Positions 48,228 through 57,975 of a stretch of 64,000 bases of DNA are shown here, piece by piece. A program made the translations under genes and the position numbers. The stretch is from NCBI GenBank assembly GCA_038733315.1, contig JAVYPJ010000001.1:103863-167862 (forward strand), given 5' to 3'. Numbering within the stretch: position 1 is the stretch's first letter; each line of letters starts with the position of its first letter. The DNA comes from Candidatus Aenigmatarchaeota archaeon. GTDB lineage: Archaea; Aenigmatarchaeota; Aenigmatarchaeia; CG10238-14; SpSt-28. The notes beneath the pieces are model-generated. The model ran no database searches, had not been told where the DNA came from, and saw only the letters and a program-made list of their open reading frames with translations.

Positions 48228-49130
48228 TTAACAAAATACTTGAGTAATATAAATTTTGCCATCGCTAGTTATAAAAACTCCTATTCCTTCATCTCTCCAA
48301 TGCTCAAATAAAATATTTTTTCTATGTCCCTCACTATTATACCAACCATTAGTAACTTCCTTAGCAAATTCTTCTAAGCTATAGAATTCGTATGAAATTA
48401 TTTTTCCCGAAAATTTATCATAACTATAGCTTTTATAAATATATCCTAAAAACAAGTTTTCAGCTCCTTCATAAACATAGTTTCCAGCTAAAATTTTACA
48501 CTCATAACTAAACTTCTCAAACCTATCTGCTAAATTTTCTCCATCAATACTAATATGGTCAAAATAATTCCTTTCTGCCATATCTTTACTATGATATCTA
48601 GCTATTTCTCTCAGTTTTTCATTAAACTTTAAAATGCTTAAGTTATGCTCTGCTCTTATTTTATTTACATATTCATGAATTTTTAATTCTAAGAATTCGA
48701 CACTTTGATTAAATTCTTTCAATTTCTCATAAAAAATTTCTTCGGTTGTCTCATACCTTTGGTAAACTAACGGATTAGATAATAAATTTTTAATTTTAAT
48801 TTCTCCCTTAGAAACCTTTTCAGAAAAACCATCTATACCCAAAACAAAATCTAATTTTTTAAAATTTTCGTAAGAGGAAAAAAAATAAGTAAAAAGTATT
48901 ATAAAGACTAAAAATAGAAAGTTTTTTATAGGTAAAAACTCTTTTAACCTTTCTTCAAAAAAAATCCAAGATATATAAATTATAGAAAAAATAGTAGATC
49001 TTAAAAATATTTTAAAATAATCAATAGAATCTATAAAAAAACTTAAAATCAATAAAAATGAGAAAACTATAAAGAAAATTTTAAAAAAACTATAGATTAT
49101 TTTTTTACTTGCCTCTATGTTTTTTTCCAT
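48228..49130 (-). CDS. Membrane-anchored CAP (SCP/PR-1) domain protein
   Basis: 3 N-terminal TMs; VNKIRAEHNL, ARYHSKDMAERNYFDH, AEN, WYNSEGHRKNIL. Confidence 0.92.
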   Translation of the reverse strand: MEKNIEASKKIIYSFFKIFFIVFSFLLILSFFIDSIDYFKIFLRSTIFSIIYISWIFFEERLKEFLPIKNFLFLVFIILFTYFFSSYENFKKLDFVLGIDGFSEKVSKGEIKIKNLLSNPLVYQRYETTEEIFYEKLKEFNQSVEFLELKIHEYVNKIRAEHNLSILKFNEKLREIARYHSKDMAERNYFDHISIDGENLADRFEKFSYECKILAGNYVYEGAENLFLGYIYKSYSYDKFSGKIISYEFYSLEEFAKEVTNGWYNSEGHRKNILFEHWRDEGIGVFITSDGKIYITQVFC

Positions 49131-49138
49131 AAAATTAT

Positions 49139-49666
49139 TTACGCTCTTAAACCTCTTGCTTTTTTACCTGCGCTAGTTAACCCCCTAAATACTCTTCTTC
49201 TATGCTGCTTTTCACAAATCCAATTAATGTTTTTATCCGATTTTATAACAGGATGATTTTTATCAACCATTATTACTTCATACCATTTATACATACCATC
49301 TTCAGCAACATAATAACTATTTAATACCTCTAAATTTGGAAATTTTCTTTGAGCTCTTTCTTCTGCAATCCATCTTAATGATTTCCTTGGAGTAAAACGT
49401 CTTATTCCAGTGCTACCCGGTTTTTTACCGAGCATTCTTAGATAGGCCCTTCTACTTCTTCCGCCCTTTCTAACTCTTACCCTAACAATTATAAACCCTT
49501 GCTTAGCTTTATATCCAAGAGCTCTTGCTCTATCTAATCTTGTTGGCCTTTCTACCCTTACAATTGCTTCCTCTTTTCTCCATTGTTTTAACCTTTCCTT
49601 AAATAATTCCTTCCTTAAATCTTTTTTCTTCCAATACTCCCTTAAAGATTTATATAAATTTAGCAT
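49139..49666 (-). CDS. rpl15e: 50S ribosomal protein eL15
   Basis: [41 protein letters not shown]. Confidence 0.98.
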   Translation of the reverse strand: MLNLYKSLREYWKKKDLRKELFKERLKQWRKEEAIVRVERPTRLDRARALGYKAKQGFIIVRVRVRKGGRSRRAYLRMLGKKPGSTGIRRFTPRKSLRWIAEERAQRKFPNLEVLNSYYVAEDGMYKWYEVIMVDKNHPVIKSDKNINWICEKQHRRRVFRGLTSAGKKARGLRA

Positions 49667-49711
49667 AAGATTATATCTAAAAACTTTAAATATTTATCTT
49701 TCTTTTATTTT

Positions 49712-50794
49712 ATGGCAATAAAACAGCTTAGTGGAGAGGTAAAATTCACAGAAGTTGATGAGGAGCTAAGAAAATTTGTAGAAAAAAGAAAAACTCAAAT
49801 AAAGGTTATTGGATGTGGAGGTGCTGGAAATAATACTATTTCTAGATTAATGCAAGTTGGAATTGTTGGTGCACAAACTATAGCGATAAATACTGATGCT
49901 ATGGATTTATTATACACAGATGCTGATATAAAAATACTTATCGGAAAAGAATTAACTGGCGGCCTAGGAGCTGGTGCTGATCCAAAGATAGGAATGGAAG
50001 CTGCAAAAGAAAGTAAAGAGGAAATAAAAGCTGCATTAAAGGGTGCTGATATGGTATTTATTACTGGTGGCTTAGGCGGTGGTACTGGAAGTGGAAGTGC
50101 GCCAATAATTGCAGAAATAGCTAAAAAATTAGATGCTCTAGTTATCGGAATATTTACATTACCTTTCAAAATGGAGGGTAAGCAAAGGTGGGATAATGCC
50201 ATGTGGGCTGTAGATTTACTTAAAGATTCTGTAGATACATTAATATTAATTCCTAACGATAAGTTACTTGAATTATATCCAGATGTTTCTATAGCCACTG
50301 CTTTTAAAATCGCTGACGAGCTTCTAGTAAATGGCGTAAAGGGTATTACAGAAATGATTACTAAGCCTGGATTAGTAAATAGAGATTTTGCAGACATAAG
50401 ATCTATAATGAAGGATGGTGGCTTAGCTTTAATTGGTATGGGTGAGAGTGATAGCGAAAATAGGGCAATAGAAAGCGTTCAGAGAGCTATTAATAATCCA
50501 CTATTAAGTGTGGATGTTTCTAACGCAAAAGGGGCTTTAGTATCAATATTTAGTGGTCCAGATATAGCGCTTAAAGAAGTTAATCAAATACTAGAAGTTA
50601 TTAAAGGAAAGATGGATGAAAGTGCAAAAATATTATGGGGAGTTCAGTTAGATAAAAACCTTGGAGATACTGTAAGAACAATGATAATAGTTACTGGCGT
50701 TTCTTCTCCCTTTATTTTAGGTCCTACACCAAAAGAGGATAAGAAAAAGTATAAAAAACCGATAGAAAAAGATTTAGGAATAGAATTTGTTTAG
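49712..50794 (+). CDS. ftsZ: Cell division protein FtsZ (FtsZ1 type)
   Basis: GGAGNN, GGLGGGTGSG, NRDFAD; ftsZ-secE-spt5-rpl11 synteny. Confidence 0.98.
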   Translation: MAIKQLSGEVKFTEVDEELRKFVEKRKTQIKVIGCGGAGNNTISRLMQVGIVGAQTIAINTDAMDLLYTDADIKILIGKELTGGLGAGADPKIGMEAAKESKEEIKAALKGADMVFITGGLGGGTGSGSAPIIAEIAKKLDALVIGIFTLPFKMEGKQRWDNAMWAVDLLKDSVDTLILIPNDKLLELYPDVSIATAFKIADELLVNGVKGITEMITKPGLVNRDFADIRSIMKDGGLALIGMGESDSENRAIESVQRAINNPLLSVDVSNAKGALVSIFSGPDIALKEVNQILEVIKGKMDESAKILWGVQLDKNLGDTVRTMIIVTGVSSPFILGPTPKEDKKKYKKPIEKDLGIEFV

Positions 50795-50799
50795 TTTTT

Positions 50800-50973
50800 A
50801 TGTTTAAAAAAATTATTGAATTTTTTAAAAGAATGTTTTATATAATAAAAATAGCTAAGAAACCTACTCAATCTGAAATAAAAAAACTCCTAAAATTCAT
50901 TTTATTTTTGATCTTTTCCATAGGGATTTTGGGGTTTATTTTTTATTCTATAGAGTTATTATTAAATCTTTAA
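50800..50973 (+). CDS. secE: Protein translocase subunit SecE/Sec61-gamma (below ORF-track cutoff)
   Basis: MFKKIIEFFKRMFYIIKIAKKPTQSEI...IGILGFIF, 57 aa, between ftsZ and spt5. Confidence 0.9.
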   Translation: MFKKIIEFFKRMFYIIKIAKKPTQSEIKKLLKFILFLIFSIGILGFIFYSIELLLNL

Positions 50974-50983
50974 CGATAATATT

Positions 50984-51430
50984 ATGCAAATATTTGTTAT
51001 AAGAACAATAGGTGGGAAGGAAGAAAGTATTATAGAAATGATAGCTAATAAAGCAATCTCTCAAAATCTGCAAATATATTCAGCGCTTAAAATAGAGGAG
51101 CTTAAGGGGTATGTGTTTATAGAAGGTGAAGAAGATGATGTTATGAAAGTTATAAAAGAAATTCCGCATATAAGAAGTGTTTTAGAAAAAAGAATTACCT
51201 TAGATGAGTTAAAAAAATACATAAAAGTAGAGGAGAAAAAAGAAATTATTCCTGAAATTAATGATATAGTTGAGATTATAGGGGGGCCATTTAAAGGATT
51301 AAGAGGAAGAATTACAAAAGTTGACGAGATTAAGGGAGAGGTTACGATAGAATTGCTGGATGTTGCTGTAAGTTTGCCCGTAACGATTAATCTAGAATTG
51401 ATAAAAGTTATAGAGAAGAAAAATAAATAG
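50984..51430 (+). CDS. spt5: Transcription elongation factor Spt5 (NusG)
   Basis: LKGYVFIE, KOW VEIIGGPFKG. Confidence 0.96.
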   Translation: MQIFVIRTIGGKEESIIEMIANKAISQNLQIYSALKIEELKGYVFIEGEEDDVMKVIKEIPHIRSVLEKRITLDELKKYIKVEEKKEIIPEINDIVEIIGGPFKGLRGRITKVDEIKGEVTIELLDVAVSLPVTINLELIKVIEKKNK

Positions 51431-51465
51431 TTTATAAATTCTTTGCCTTAGATATATTTAAACTT

Positions 51466-51984
51466 ATGAACGATGAAAAAGATATAATAGAATTTTTAGT
51501 AGAGGGCGGAAAAGCGTCGCCTGGACCAACAACAGCTCCTAAGTTATCCACATATAAACTAAATGTTGGAGAAGTTTTTTCTAAAATAAACCAGTTAACA
51601 AAAGAATTTGTAGGTATGGAAGTTCCAGTAAGAATAATTATAGATAAACAAACTAAAAAGTATGAAATCGAAATTGGTTTACCATCTACTTCTAGCTTGC
51701 TAAAAAAAGAAGCTAAAATAGATGTAGCAAAAATAACCAAAGAAGAGGCCGAAAAGGGAAAAAAATATGTAGCAAATATACCTTTTGAAAGTGTTTTAAA
51801 AGTTACTAAAATAAAGGAAAAGGAGTTAGAGGGAAATTCTATAAAAAGTAAGATAAAACAAGTCTTAGGAACTTGTGTTTCTCTACATTTTACTGTAGAT
51901 AATAAAGATCCTAGGGAAATTATAAAATACGTAGATGAAGGAAAATATGATGAATTGATTAGTAAATATTTTTCAAAAGCATAA
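51466..51984 (+). CDS. rpl11: 50S ribosomal protein uL11
   Basis: VEGGKASPGP, GMEVPV, PSTSSLLKKE, GTCVS. Confidence 0.96.
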   Translation: MNDEKDIIEFLVEGGKASPGPTTAPKLSTYKLNVGEVFSKINQLTKEFVGMEVPVRIIIDKQTKKYEIEIGLPSTSSLLKKEAKIDVAKITKEEAEKGKKYVANIPFESVLKVTKIKEKELEGNSIKSKIKQVLGTCVSLHFTVDNKDPREIIKYVDEGKYDELISKYFSKA

Positions 51985-52167
51985 ATGAAGGAATTTTGGT
52001 TTATATTTGGATTGGGTTTATTAATATACCTCTATTTAATTTTTGTCGGCGAAAAACACGAACTTTTATCTATATTACCTACATACTCTTTAATAGGGGT
52101 TTTTGCATACTCTTTCGAGAAAAAATACCTTAGAAAAAAATATCGTGTTGTAGAAATTGAAGAATAA
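51985..52167 (+). CDS. Small 2-TM hypothetical membrane protein
   Basis: 60 aa, two hydrophobic segments and a basic tail; starts 1 nt after the rpl11 stop. Confidence 0.6.
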   Translation: MKEFWFIFGLGLLIYLYLIFVGEKHELLSILPTYSLIGVFAYSFEKKYLRKKYRVVEIEE

Positions 52168-52187
52168 ACAATTTATAATTTTATTTA

Positions 52188-52814
52188 ATGGTAATTATGG
52201 ATTTCGAAGTCTTAAAAACAAAAATAGAGGAAGCCATTAAAAATAAGGAAAGAAGGAATTTTAAACAAAGTGTAGAGTTGATTGTGGTTTTGAAAAATGT
52301 TGAAATAAAGGAGCTTAAAAACAAAATACAAAATGTTATGTTATCGCACTATAATAATTCTAGAGTTGTTCTTTTTAGCGAAATAAGAAGGGATGATATT
52401 AAGGATGTAAAAAATATTACTCTTAAAGACATTGAAAATATTTCGAAAAGTAAAAGAGAAAGTAAAAAATTTGCAAGAAGTTTTGATTTTGCACTAGCCG
52501 AAACTAAACTACTTACAACCATAGGTAAAGTTTTAGGAAAATTTCTTGCGCCATTAGGTAAAATGCCTATGCCTATAACAGATGAAAAAAGACTAAACGA
52601 TACTATAGAAAAGCTTAGAAAATGTATTAGAGTGAATTTAAAGCAGAATCAAATTCAGCTAAAAATAGGAAAAGAAGATATGAAAATAGACGAAATATTT
52701 GAAAATGCTAAGGAAGCTTTAAATCAAATTATGTCTGTTCTTCCAGAAGGCGATAGGAATATTAAGAAAATATACGTAAAACTTACTATGAGCAAGCCGA
52801 TTAGAGTACTATAA
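52188..52814 (+). CDS. rpl1: 50S ribosomal protein uL1
   Basis: RNFKQSVEL, LGKFLAPLGKMP, YVKLTMSKP. Confidence 0.95.
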   Translation: MVIMDFEVLKTKIEEAIKNKERRNFKQSVELIVVLKNVEIKELKNKIQNVMLSHYNNSRVVLFSEIRRDDIKDVKNITLKDIENISKSKRESKKFARSFDFALAETKLLTTIGKVLGKFLAPLGKMPMPITDEKRLNDTIEKLRKCIRVNLKQNQIQLKIGKEDMKIDEIFENAKEALNQIMSVLPEGDRNIKKIYVKLTMSKPIRVL

Positions 52815-52816
52815 GC

Positions 52817-53650
52817 ATGTTAACAAAAACTGAAAAATCAAAAATAATTGAGGAAATATCTGGAATTTTTAATAACTATAAAACTATTGGTTTTGTTGAT
52901 TTTTATATGCTTCCGAGTAAAGAATATAAAGAGATGAAAAAGAGATTAAAAGAAAAAGATATAAATATAAAATATTTCAAAAAAAGCTTAGTTATTAAAG
53001 CTTTGGAAAAAATGGGAAAAACAGAATTAATTAAAGTGCTGCCAAATCAAGTTGGTGTATTACACTCTAATAAAAATCCTTTTGAGATTGTTAAGGAAGT
53101 TAAGCAGTTAGTTTCATATAGATATGCTAAAGATGGAGATATTGCAGAAGAAGATATAATAATAAAACCAATGGTTACAAACATACCTGCTGGCCCGTCT
53201 ATTTCTGAATTTCAGAAATTAAAGTTTGAAGTTGGTGTAGAAGCTGGCAAAATTGCTATTAAAAAAGAGAAAAAAATAGTTTCAAAGGGTGAAAAGATAA
53301 ATAGTCAAATAGCTAGTTTATTGCAAAAACTGGGAATAAAACCGATAAAAATAGTATTAAAATTAACATCTCTATACGACGGAAAAATATTATATACTAA
53401 GGATGTTTTGGATTTAGACGAGAAATATTATATAGAGAATATTTTAAAAGCATTTTCTGGAGCTAATGAATTAACTAAAAAAATTGGGTATTATACTAAG
53501 TATAATATCAGAGAGTTCTTAACATTAGCTAAAATAAGAGCAATAGCTATTGGAAAAAAAGCAAAAATCTACGAAAAAGAGGTAATAAAAGAGTTAGTAA
53601 AAGATTCTTATATAAGTGCTAAGATAATTTCTGAAAGAGTTAAAGTTTAA
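52817..53650 (+). CDS. rpl10: 50S ribosomal protein uL10 (P0)
   Basis: AKDGDIA, TNIPAGP, LLQKLGIKP; L11-L1-L10-L12 order. Confidence 0.94.
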   Translation: MLTKTEKSKIIEEISGIFNNYKTIGFVDFYMLPSKEYKEMKKRLKEKDINIKYFKKSLVIKALEKMGKTELIKVLPNQVGVLHSNKNPFEIVKEVKQLVSYRYAKDGDIAEEDIIIKPMVTNIPAGPSISEFQKLKFEVGVEAGKIAIKKEKKIVSKGEKINSQIASLLQKLGIKPIKIVLKLTSLYDGKILYTKDVLDLDEKYYIENILKAFSGANELTKKIGYYTKYNIREFLTLAKIRAIAIGKKAKIYEKEVIKELVKDSYISAKIISERVKV

Positions 53651-53671
53651 ATACTTTTCTTTTAATAATTT

Positions 53672-53980
53672 ATGGAATACATATATGCAGCATTGCTATT
53701 ACACTCAGCAAAAAAAGAAATAACTGAAGAAAACTTAAAGAAAGTTTTAAGTGCTGCTGGTGTTGAAATAAATGAAGCTAAGGTAAAGAGTTTGGTTGAA
53801 AGTATTAAGGGTATAAATATAGATGAAGTATTAAGCTCTGCTAGCATTCAAACTGCACCAATATCTTTACAGACAACAACACAGCAACCAAAGCAAGAAG
53901 AAGAAAAAGAGGAGAAAAAAGAAGAGAAAGCTTCTGATGAGCAGGCCGTAGCGGGATTAGCAGCCTTATTCGGAGTATAA
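53672..53980 (+). CDS. rpl12: 50S ribosomal protein P1 (aL12)
   Basis: [11 protein letters not shown], acidic hinge, AGLAALFG. Confidence 0.97.
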   Translation: MEYIYAALLLHSAKKEITEENLKKVLSAAGVEINEAKVKSLVESIKGINIDEVLSSASIQTAPISLQTTTQQPKQEEEKEEKKEEKASDEQAVAGLAALFGV

Positions 53981-54052
53981 TCCCTTTATTTTTTTATTGC
54001 GCGCGATAGTAGTGTATCTAGGTATGTATACCGTAAACACTTCTTATTTTGT

Positions 54053-54241
54053 ATGAAATGTATAAGGTGTGGATCGAGAAGATTAATAGAGTTTGTGGAT
54101 AGTTTTGGAAAAGAAAGAGTATTTTGTAGGGATTGTTTAATAAGTCTTGAAAAAGGTGTTTTTGTAAAGTCTCTTTTACAAAGAAAAGTTCCAGAGTTTT
54201 ACTTCAAAAACCAGATTAAATCATGGAATGTAAAGCCATAA
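54053..54241 (+). CDS. Small zinc-ribbon protein
   Basis: MKCIRCGS...FVDSFGKERVFCRDC. Confidence 0.75.
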   Translation: MKCIRCGSRRLIEFVDSFGKERVFCRDCLISLEKGVFVKSLLQRKVPEFYFKNQIKSWNVKP

Positions 54242-54339
54242 TAAGCAGGATAAAAAGAGGAAAAAATACTGTAATAATGGTAACTGTTAAGAGAGGTAAT
54301 AAGATTTTTGGCTTTACTAGACCTGTTAATATAAACTAA
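54223..54339 (+). CDS. Putative 38-aa basic microprotein (not in ORF track)
   Basis: MECKAIISRIKRGKNTVIMVTVKRGNKIFGFTRPVNIN; overlaps the upstream stop as other operon genes here do. Confidence 0.45.
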   Translation: MECKAIISRIKRGKNTVIMVTVKRGNKIFGFTRPVNIN

Positions 54340-54392
54340 TGTATACACATAATAATAAATACAGTTTAGAAATCACTTAACTTATTATGGGC

Positions 54393-54480
54393 AAGAAAAA
54401 GAAAGAGGGTGAAGAGAAAAAATAGTAATGTTGAATAAAAGCAATCGATAGTAAGGGCCTTCACCCTCTTTCTTTTTCTT
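54393..54480. repeat. Perfect 22-bp inverted repeat with a 44-nt spacer
   Basis: AAGAAAAAGAAAGAGGGTGAAG (54393-54414) / CTTCACCCTCTTTCTTTTTCTT (54459-54480). Confidence 0.9.
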
Positions 54481-55765
54481 TTTTGGTTGTTAGATATCGA
54501 TAGTTTATCTTTAAAGCCTCTAATCCCAGCATTGGTTTCCCGCTAAGATAAGTTATTAGCGCGCCGCCACCAGTGCTTACATATGTAAAGTCATTTTTAT
54601 CTATTCCTAATTTTTCCATAGCTACAGAAGTATCTCCGCCGCCAACTAAGGATTTAATCTTTCCTGCCTTTGTTAACTCAGCTATGTATGAAAGTATTTC
54701 CTTAGTACCATTTTCAAACCCCTTTTCTTCAAATTTTCCCATTGGCCCTTTTATAAGAATCCATCCGTTGTTATATAATTCTTTTATCATATTTTTATAA
54801 TATTTTATCGTTTCGAATCCAATATCTAAAATCGTTGCGTTTTTTGGAACTTCTCCAATTTTACATTCAATTTTATCACCATTAATTTTTACTAAAAAAT
54901 CTTTTGGTAATATGATTTTTTCTTTATATTTCTCATAAATCCATTTTGCAGCACTTTCTAATTCTTTTAATTTCTCCTCATTGTTTTTTACTATTTTTCT
55001 TAAAATTTCCTCGCTACCACTTCCTATTTCATATCTACTAACCTTTAGAAAAAGGTTTGCAACAACACCACCACAAATAACATACTTAACTCTTTCTGAA
55101 GATTTTTCAAAAATGTATTTTAAAACGCTTATAACATCATCTACTTTTGCACCACCCACTAAAAAAACTATTTCTTTACTTGAAAGAAAGTTTTCCAAAT
55201 TTCTTATTTCATCTTCTAAAACTCTACCAGCTATAAGCGGAATCCCTTTTCCTCCACCATACGCAAATCCTACAACACTTGCATGAGCCCTATGAGCAAC
55301 TGAAAAAGCATCTAAAACATAATAGTCAATAAATTTTGACAAAAATTCTACTAAGGAAGATTTTGCGTGTTCTTCAAAACTTTTCTCTACATCTTCGTCT
55401 TCTAAAAATCTTACATTATCTAACAATAATACTTCTCCAGGTTTTAATTTTTTTATTTCGTTTTCAGCTCTTTCTCCTATTATATCGTTAACAAATTTTA
55501 TTTCAATACCTACGTACTCACTAAGAATTTTTGCATGTTGCTCTAGGGAAATAAAATCTGGTTCTCCTTTTCTAGACTGATGCGCTAATAAAATTATTTT
55601 TGCTTTCTTTTCAGCAAGCTCTTTAATTGTTTTAGAATGTCTTTCAAACCTTTCATTAGGAATCAACTTTCCATCAACTATATCTGAATTCAAATCAATT
55701 CTTACAGCAACGTATTTATCCTCTAAATTATTTTTAAAATCGTCAAGAGTAAAATATTCCTTCAT
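54461..55765 (-). CDS. pgk: Phosphoglycerate kinase
   Basis: RIDLN, AHQSR, LLDNVRF, DAFSVAHR, GGAK, GPMGKFE, GGGDT, STGGGA; start at MKEYF. Confidence 0.97.
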   Translation of the reverse strand: MKEYFTLDDFKNNLEDKYVAVRIDLNSDIVDGKLIPNERFERHSKTIKELAEKKAKIILLAHQSRKGEPDFISLEQHAKILSEYVGIEIKFVNDIIGERAENEIKKLKPGEVLLLDNVRFLEDEDVEKSFEEHAKSSLVEFLSKFIDYYVLDAFSVAHRAHASVVGFAYGGGKGIPLIAGRVLEDEIRNLENFLSSKEIVFLVGGAKVDDVISVLKYIFEKSSERVKYVICGGVVANLFLKVSRYEIGSGSEEILRKIVKNNEEKLKELESAAKWIYEKYKEKIILPKDFLVKINGDKIECKIGEVPKNATILDIGFETIKYYKNMIKELYNNGWILIKGPMGKFEEKGFENGTKEILSYIAELTKAGKIKSLVGGGDTSVAMEKLGIDKNDFTYVSTGGGALITYLSGKPMLGLEALKINYRYLTTKKEKERG

Positions 55766-55785
55766 AAAAAATAAAGAATTTTTAA

Positions 55786-56829
55786 CTATTTTAGAATTCC
55801 CAGATTTTTGTTTGTTTTTTCTATCGATTTCCACTTATCTTTCTCTATTCCTGAAATTGCCCTTATCGCATCTATATTTTCTGGAATAACAACCGCTTCT
55901 TGATGAACCGCTTGCACATATCTTACTTTATTATTTTCAGCGTGTAGCAAATCCTTTAATACTATAACTTCCCAAATATCATTTCTAGGTCTTAAATAAT
56001 CTCTAAACTTTTCAATTATAACGCTTGTAGCTGGATACTCTTTTCCTTCTAAAAATATTATTCTAGTTTGTTTTTCAAATGCATCAATAATCTCTTCGTA
56101 GCTAACATTTCTTTTTAAGATTACATCTAGCATATGTATGTGCATTTTTGTGGTTGGAACTTTAACTGCTAAAGAAAAAATATTTAAATGTTTTAATACT
56201 GTTTTAACATCTAGAGAATGGTGAGATGGTACGTGTAAATCATACTCTATAGCATCTATTGGCCCTTTTTTATATTCATGAGGATCGTTAGCTCTTCTTG
56301 CTAAAGCGACAAAAGCATATTCTATTCCGAATCTTTGATCTAAAGTATGTAAAGTTCTTATTAGACTTGTAGTATTGCAACTAGGGACTCTAACATAAGT
56401 TTTATCAAACGCTTCTTCGTAATTTACAAAAGAATTGAATGTCATTTCTGCAACATCTGCTTTTTCTCCACCCTGAAATATTACTTTTACTCCATATTTT
56501 TCGTACAAAATTTTTTTATTTTGAGCACCAATTCCTTCTGGAGTACAATCAATTATAACATCTACAGCGCCATTTCTTAACAAATCTTCTAAAGTTCCAT
56601 TAACCCACATTCCTGATTTTTTAAATTCGTTATATGCCTCTAAATCGCTTGCATACAAATCCGTGCCATAAAGAAATCCATTAGGTTCTAAAACAGTTTT
56701 TATTACATAGTTTGGGTTTTTAGTCGATATTGCTACTAGATCTATATCATCTTGCAATTTTATTGCATGCGCAACTCTTTTTCCTATCGTTCCTATACCA
56801 TTTACAACAACCTTTGGTTTTACTCTCAT
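55786..56829 (-). CDS. gap: Glyceraldehyde-3-phosphate dehydrogenase, archaeal type II
   Basis: NGIGTIGKRVA, FQGGEK, SCNTT, PSHH, HQEAVVIPENIDAIRA. Confidence 0.97.
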   Translation of the reverse strand: MRVKPKVVVNGIGTIGKRVAHAIKLQDDIDLVAISTKNPNYVIKTVLEPNGFLYGTDLYASDLEAYNEFKKSGMWVNGTLEDLLRNGAVDVIIDCTPEGIGAQNKKILYEKYGVKVIFQGGEKADVAEMTFNSFVNYEEAFDKTYVRVPSCNTTSLIRTLHTLDQRFGIEYAFVALARRANDPHEYKKGPIDAIEYDLHVPSHHSLDVKTVLKHLNIFSLAVKVPTTKMHIHMLDVILKRNVSYEEIIDAFEKQTRIIFLEGKEYPATSVIIEKFRDYLRPRNDIWEVIVLKDLLHAENNKVRYVQAVHQEAVVIPENIDAIRAISGIEKDKWKSIEKTNKNLGILK

Positions 56830-56850
56830 AAATATTTTTTAATCTCAATA

Positions 56851-57549
56851 CTATATTTTTTTACCAGATATTATTAAGTTCCTTTCAGTTAACATTTTAT
56901 TATCGACTTTAAAGTTTATACGAAAATTTTTTGATTTAGCATATTCTGCTAAATAAAAACACCACTTATAGTATTCGTTATTTATAGCATTAAAGAATTT
57001 ATTCAAAATTTCATTATCTCTCTTCCATTTTTCATAATTTTCGCTTCCTATACAGCAAGGAACTAATATAAAAAAATTGCTAAATTCAGATGCTTTATCT
57101 ATAACAATTTCGCTTAAATTATTACAAGCATGAATTGAAACGATAAAATCTACATTCTCTAAATCTTTAATTTCTAAGATATTTTCTTCTATAAAAAATA
57201 TATTATCAAAAAATTTGCTTTTGTTATTAGATTTATAATCTTCACTAAACTTTAAATCGATAGCTACTATTTTTGAATTTGGAAAGTTTTTTGCTACAAA
57301 ATGAGAAAATAAGGCATCCCCACTCATTAGTTCGCATAAAACGAACTTATCCATTTTATTTTTTTCTACTAAATTTTTCAAAACATTAAACACACTAACA
57401 ACTTCAGTTATTTCTTTTAAGATGTATTCGTATCTTTCTTTTTCTAAATGAGGCTTCATTAAAATATTAAGAATATCGAATGGAAACCTCTTAATGAAAA
57501 ATCTTACATATTCATGCTTAGAATTTAAAATTTCCTTAGGATAAACCAT
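56851..57549 (-). CDS. SAM-dependent methyltransferase (Methyltransf_32/Trm13-like)
   Basis: KEITE, ELMSGDA, SIHACNNLS, LVPCC, TERN. Confidence 0.75.
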   Translation of the reverse strand: MVYPKEILNSKHEYVRFFIKRFPFDILNILMKPHLEKERYEYILKEITEVVSVFNVLKNLVEKNKMDKFVLCELMSGDALFSHFVAKNFPNSKIVAIDLKFSEDYKSNNKSKFFDNIFFIEENILEIKDLENVDFIVSIHACNNLSEIVIDKASEFSNFFILVPCCIGSENYEKWKRDNEILNKFFNAINNEYYKWCFYLAEYAKSKNFRINFKVDNKMLTERNLIISGKKI

Positions 57550-57966
57550 TTATAAATTAATTTTTTCGGAAATTTTACTAACCAATTCTTCTATATTTTT
57601 TTCCAATTTAATTAATTCATCGGCATTTTTATTGATTTCTTCCACATTTTCATCTAATAAAGAGAAAAAAAGTTTATAAAGCCTTATATCATATAAAGAT
57701 TTTATTTTTCTTACTTCATCATATAATTCTCTACCAATTTGAAAGGCTAAAGGAGATAGGGTATCGAAAAGAATTGAAATATAAATATATTTCCTTTCAA
57801 CATCAATTATTTTTTCTAAGTTTTTAACTATATCAACCTTATTTTCTTCGATTAATTTTATTAGAATTTCCCTAAACATATCTATTTTTCCAAACATTAA
57901 TGCTATATCTAGCCTTAAATTCTTTTCTCTTACTAGACTTATTAGTTTTTGAAACCTATCCTCCAT
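57550..57966 (-). CDS. Hypothetical helical protein
   Basis: 138-aa ORF abutting the methyltransferase. Confidence 0.7.
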   Translation of the reverse strand: MEDRFQKLISLVREKNLRLDIALMFGKIDMFREILIKLIEENKVDIVKNLEKIIDVERKYIYISILFDTLSPLAFQIGRELYDEVRKIKSLYDIRLYKLFFSLLDENVEEINKNADELIKLEKNIEELVSKISEKINL

Positions 57967-57975
57967 AAATTTATT

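Noticed and set aside
49795..50397. 200-aa minus-strand ORF
   Set aside because: Antisense shadow of ftsZ.
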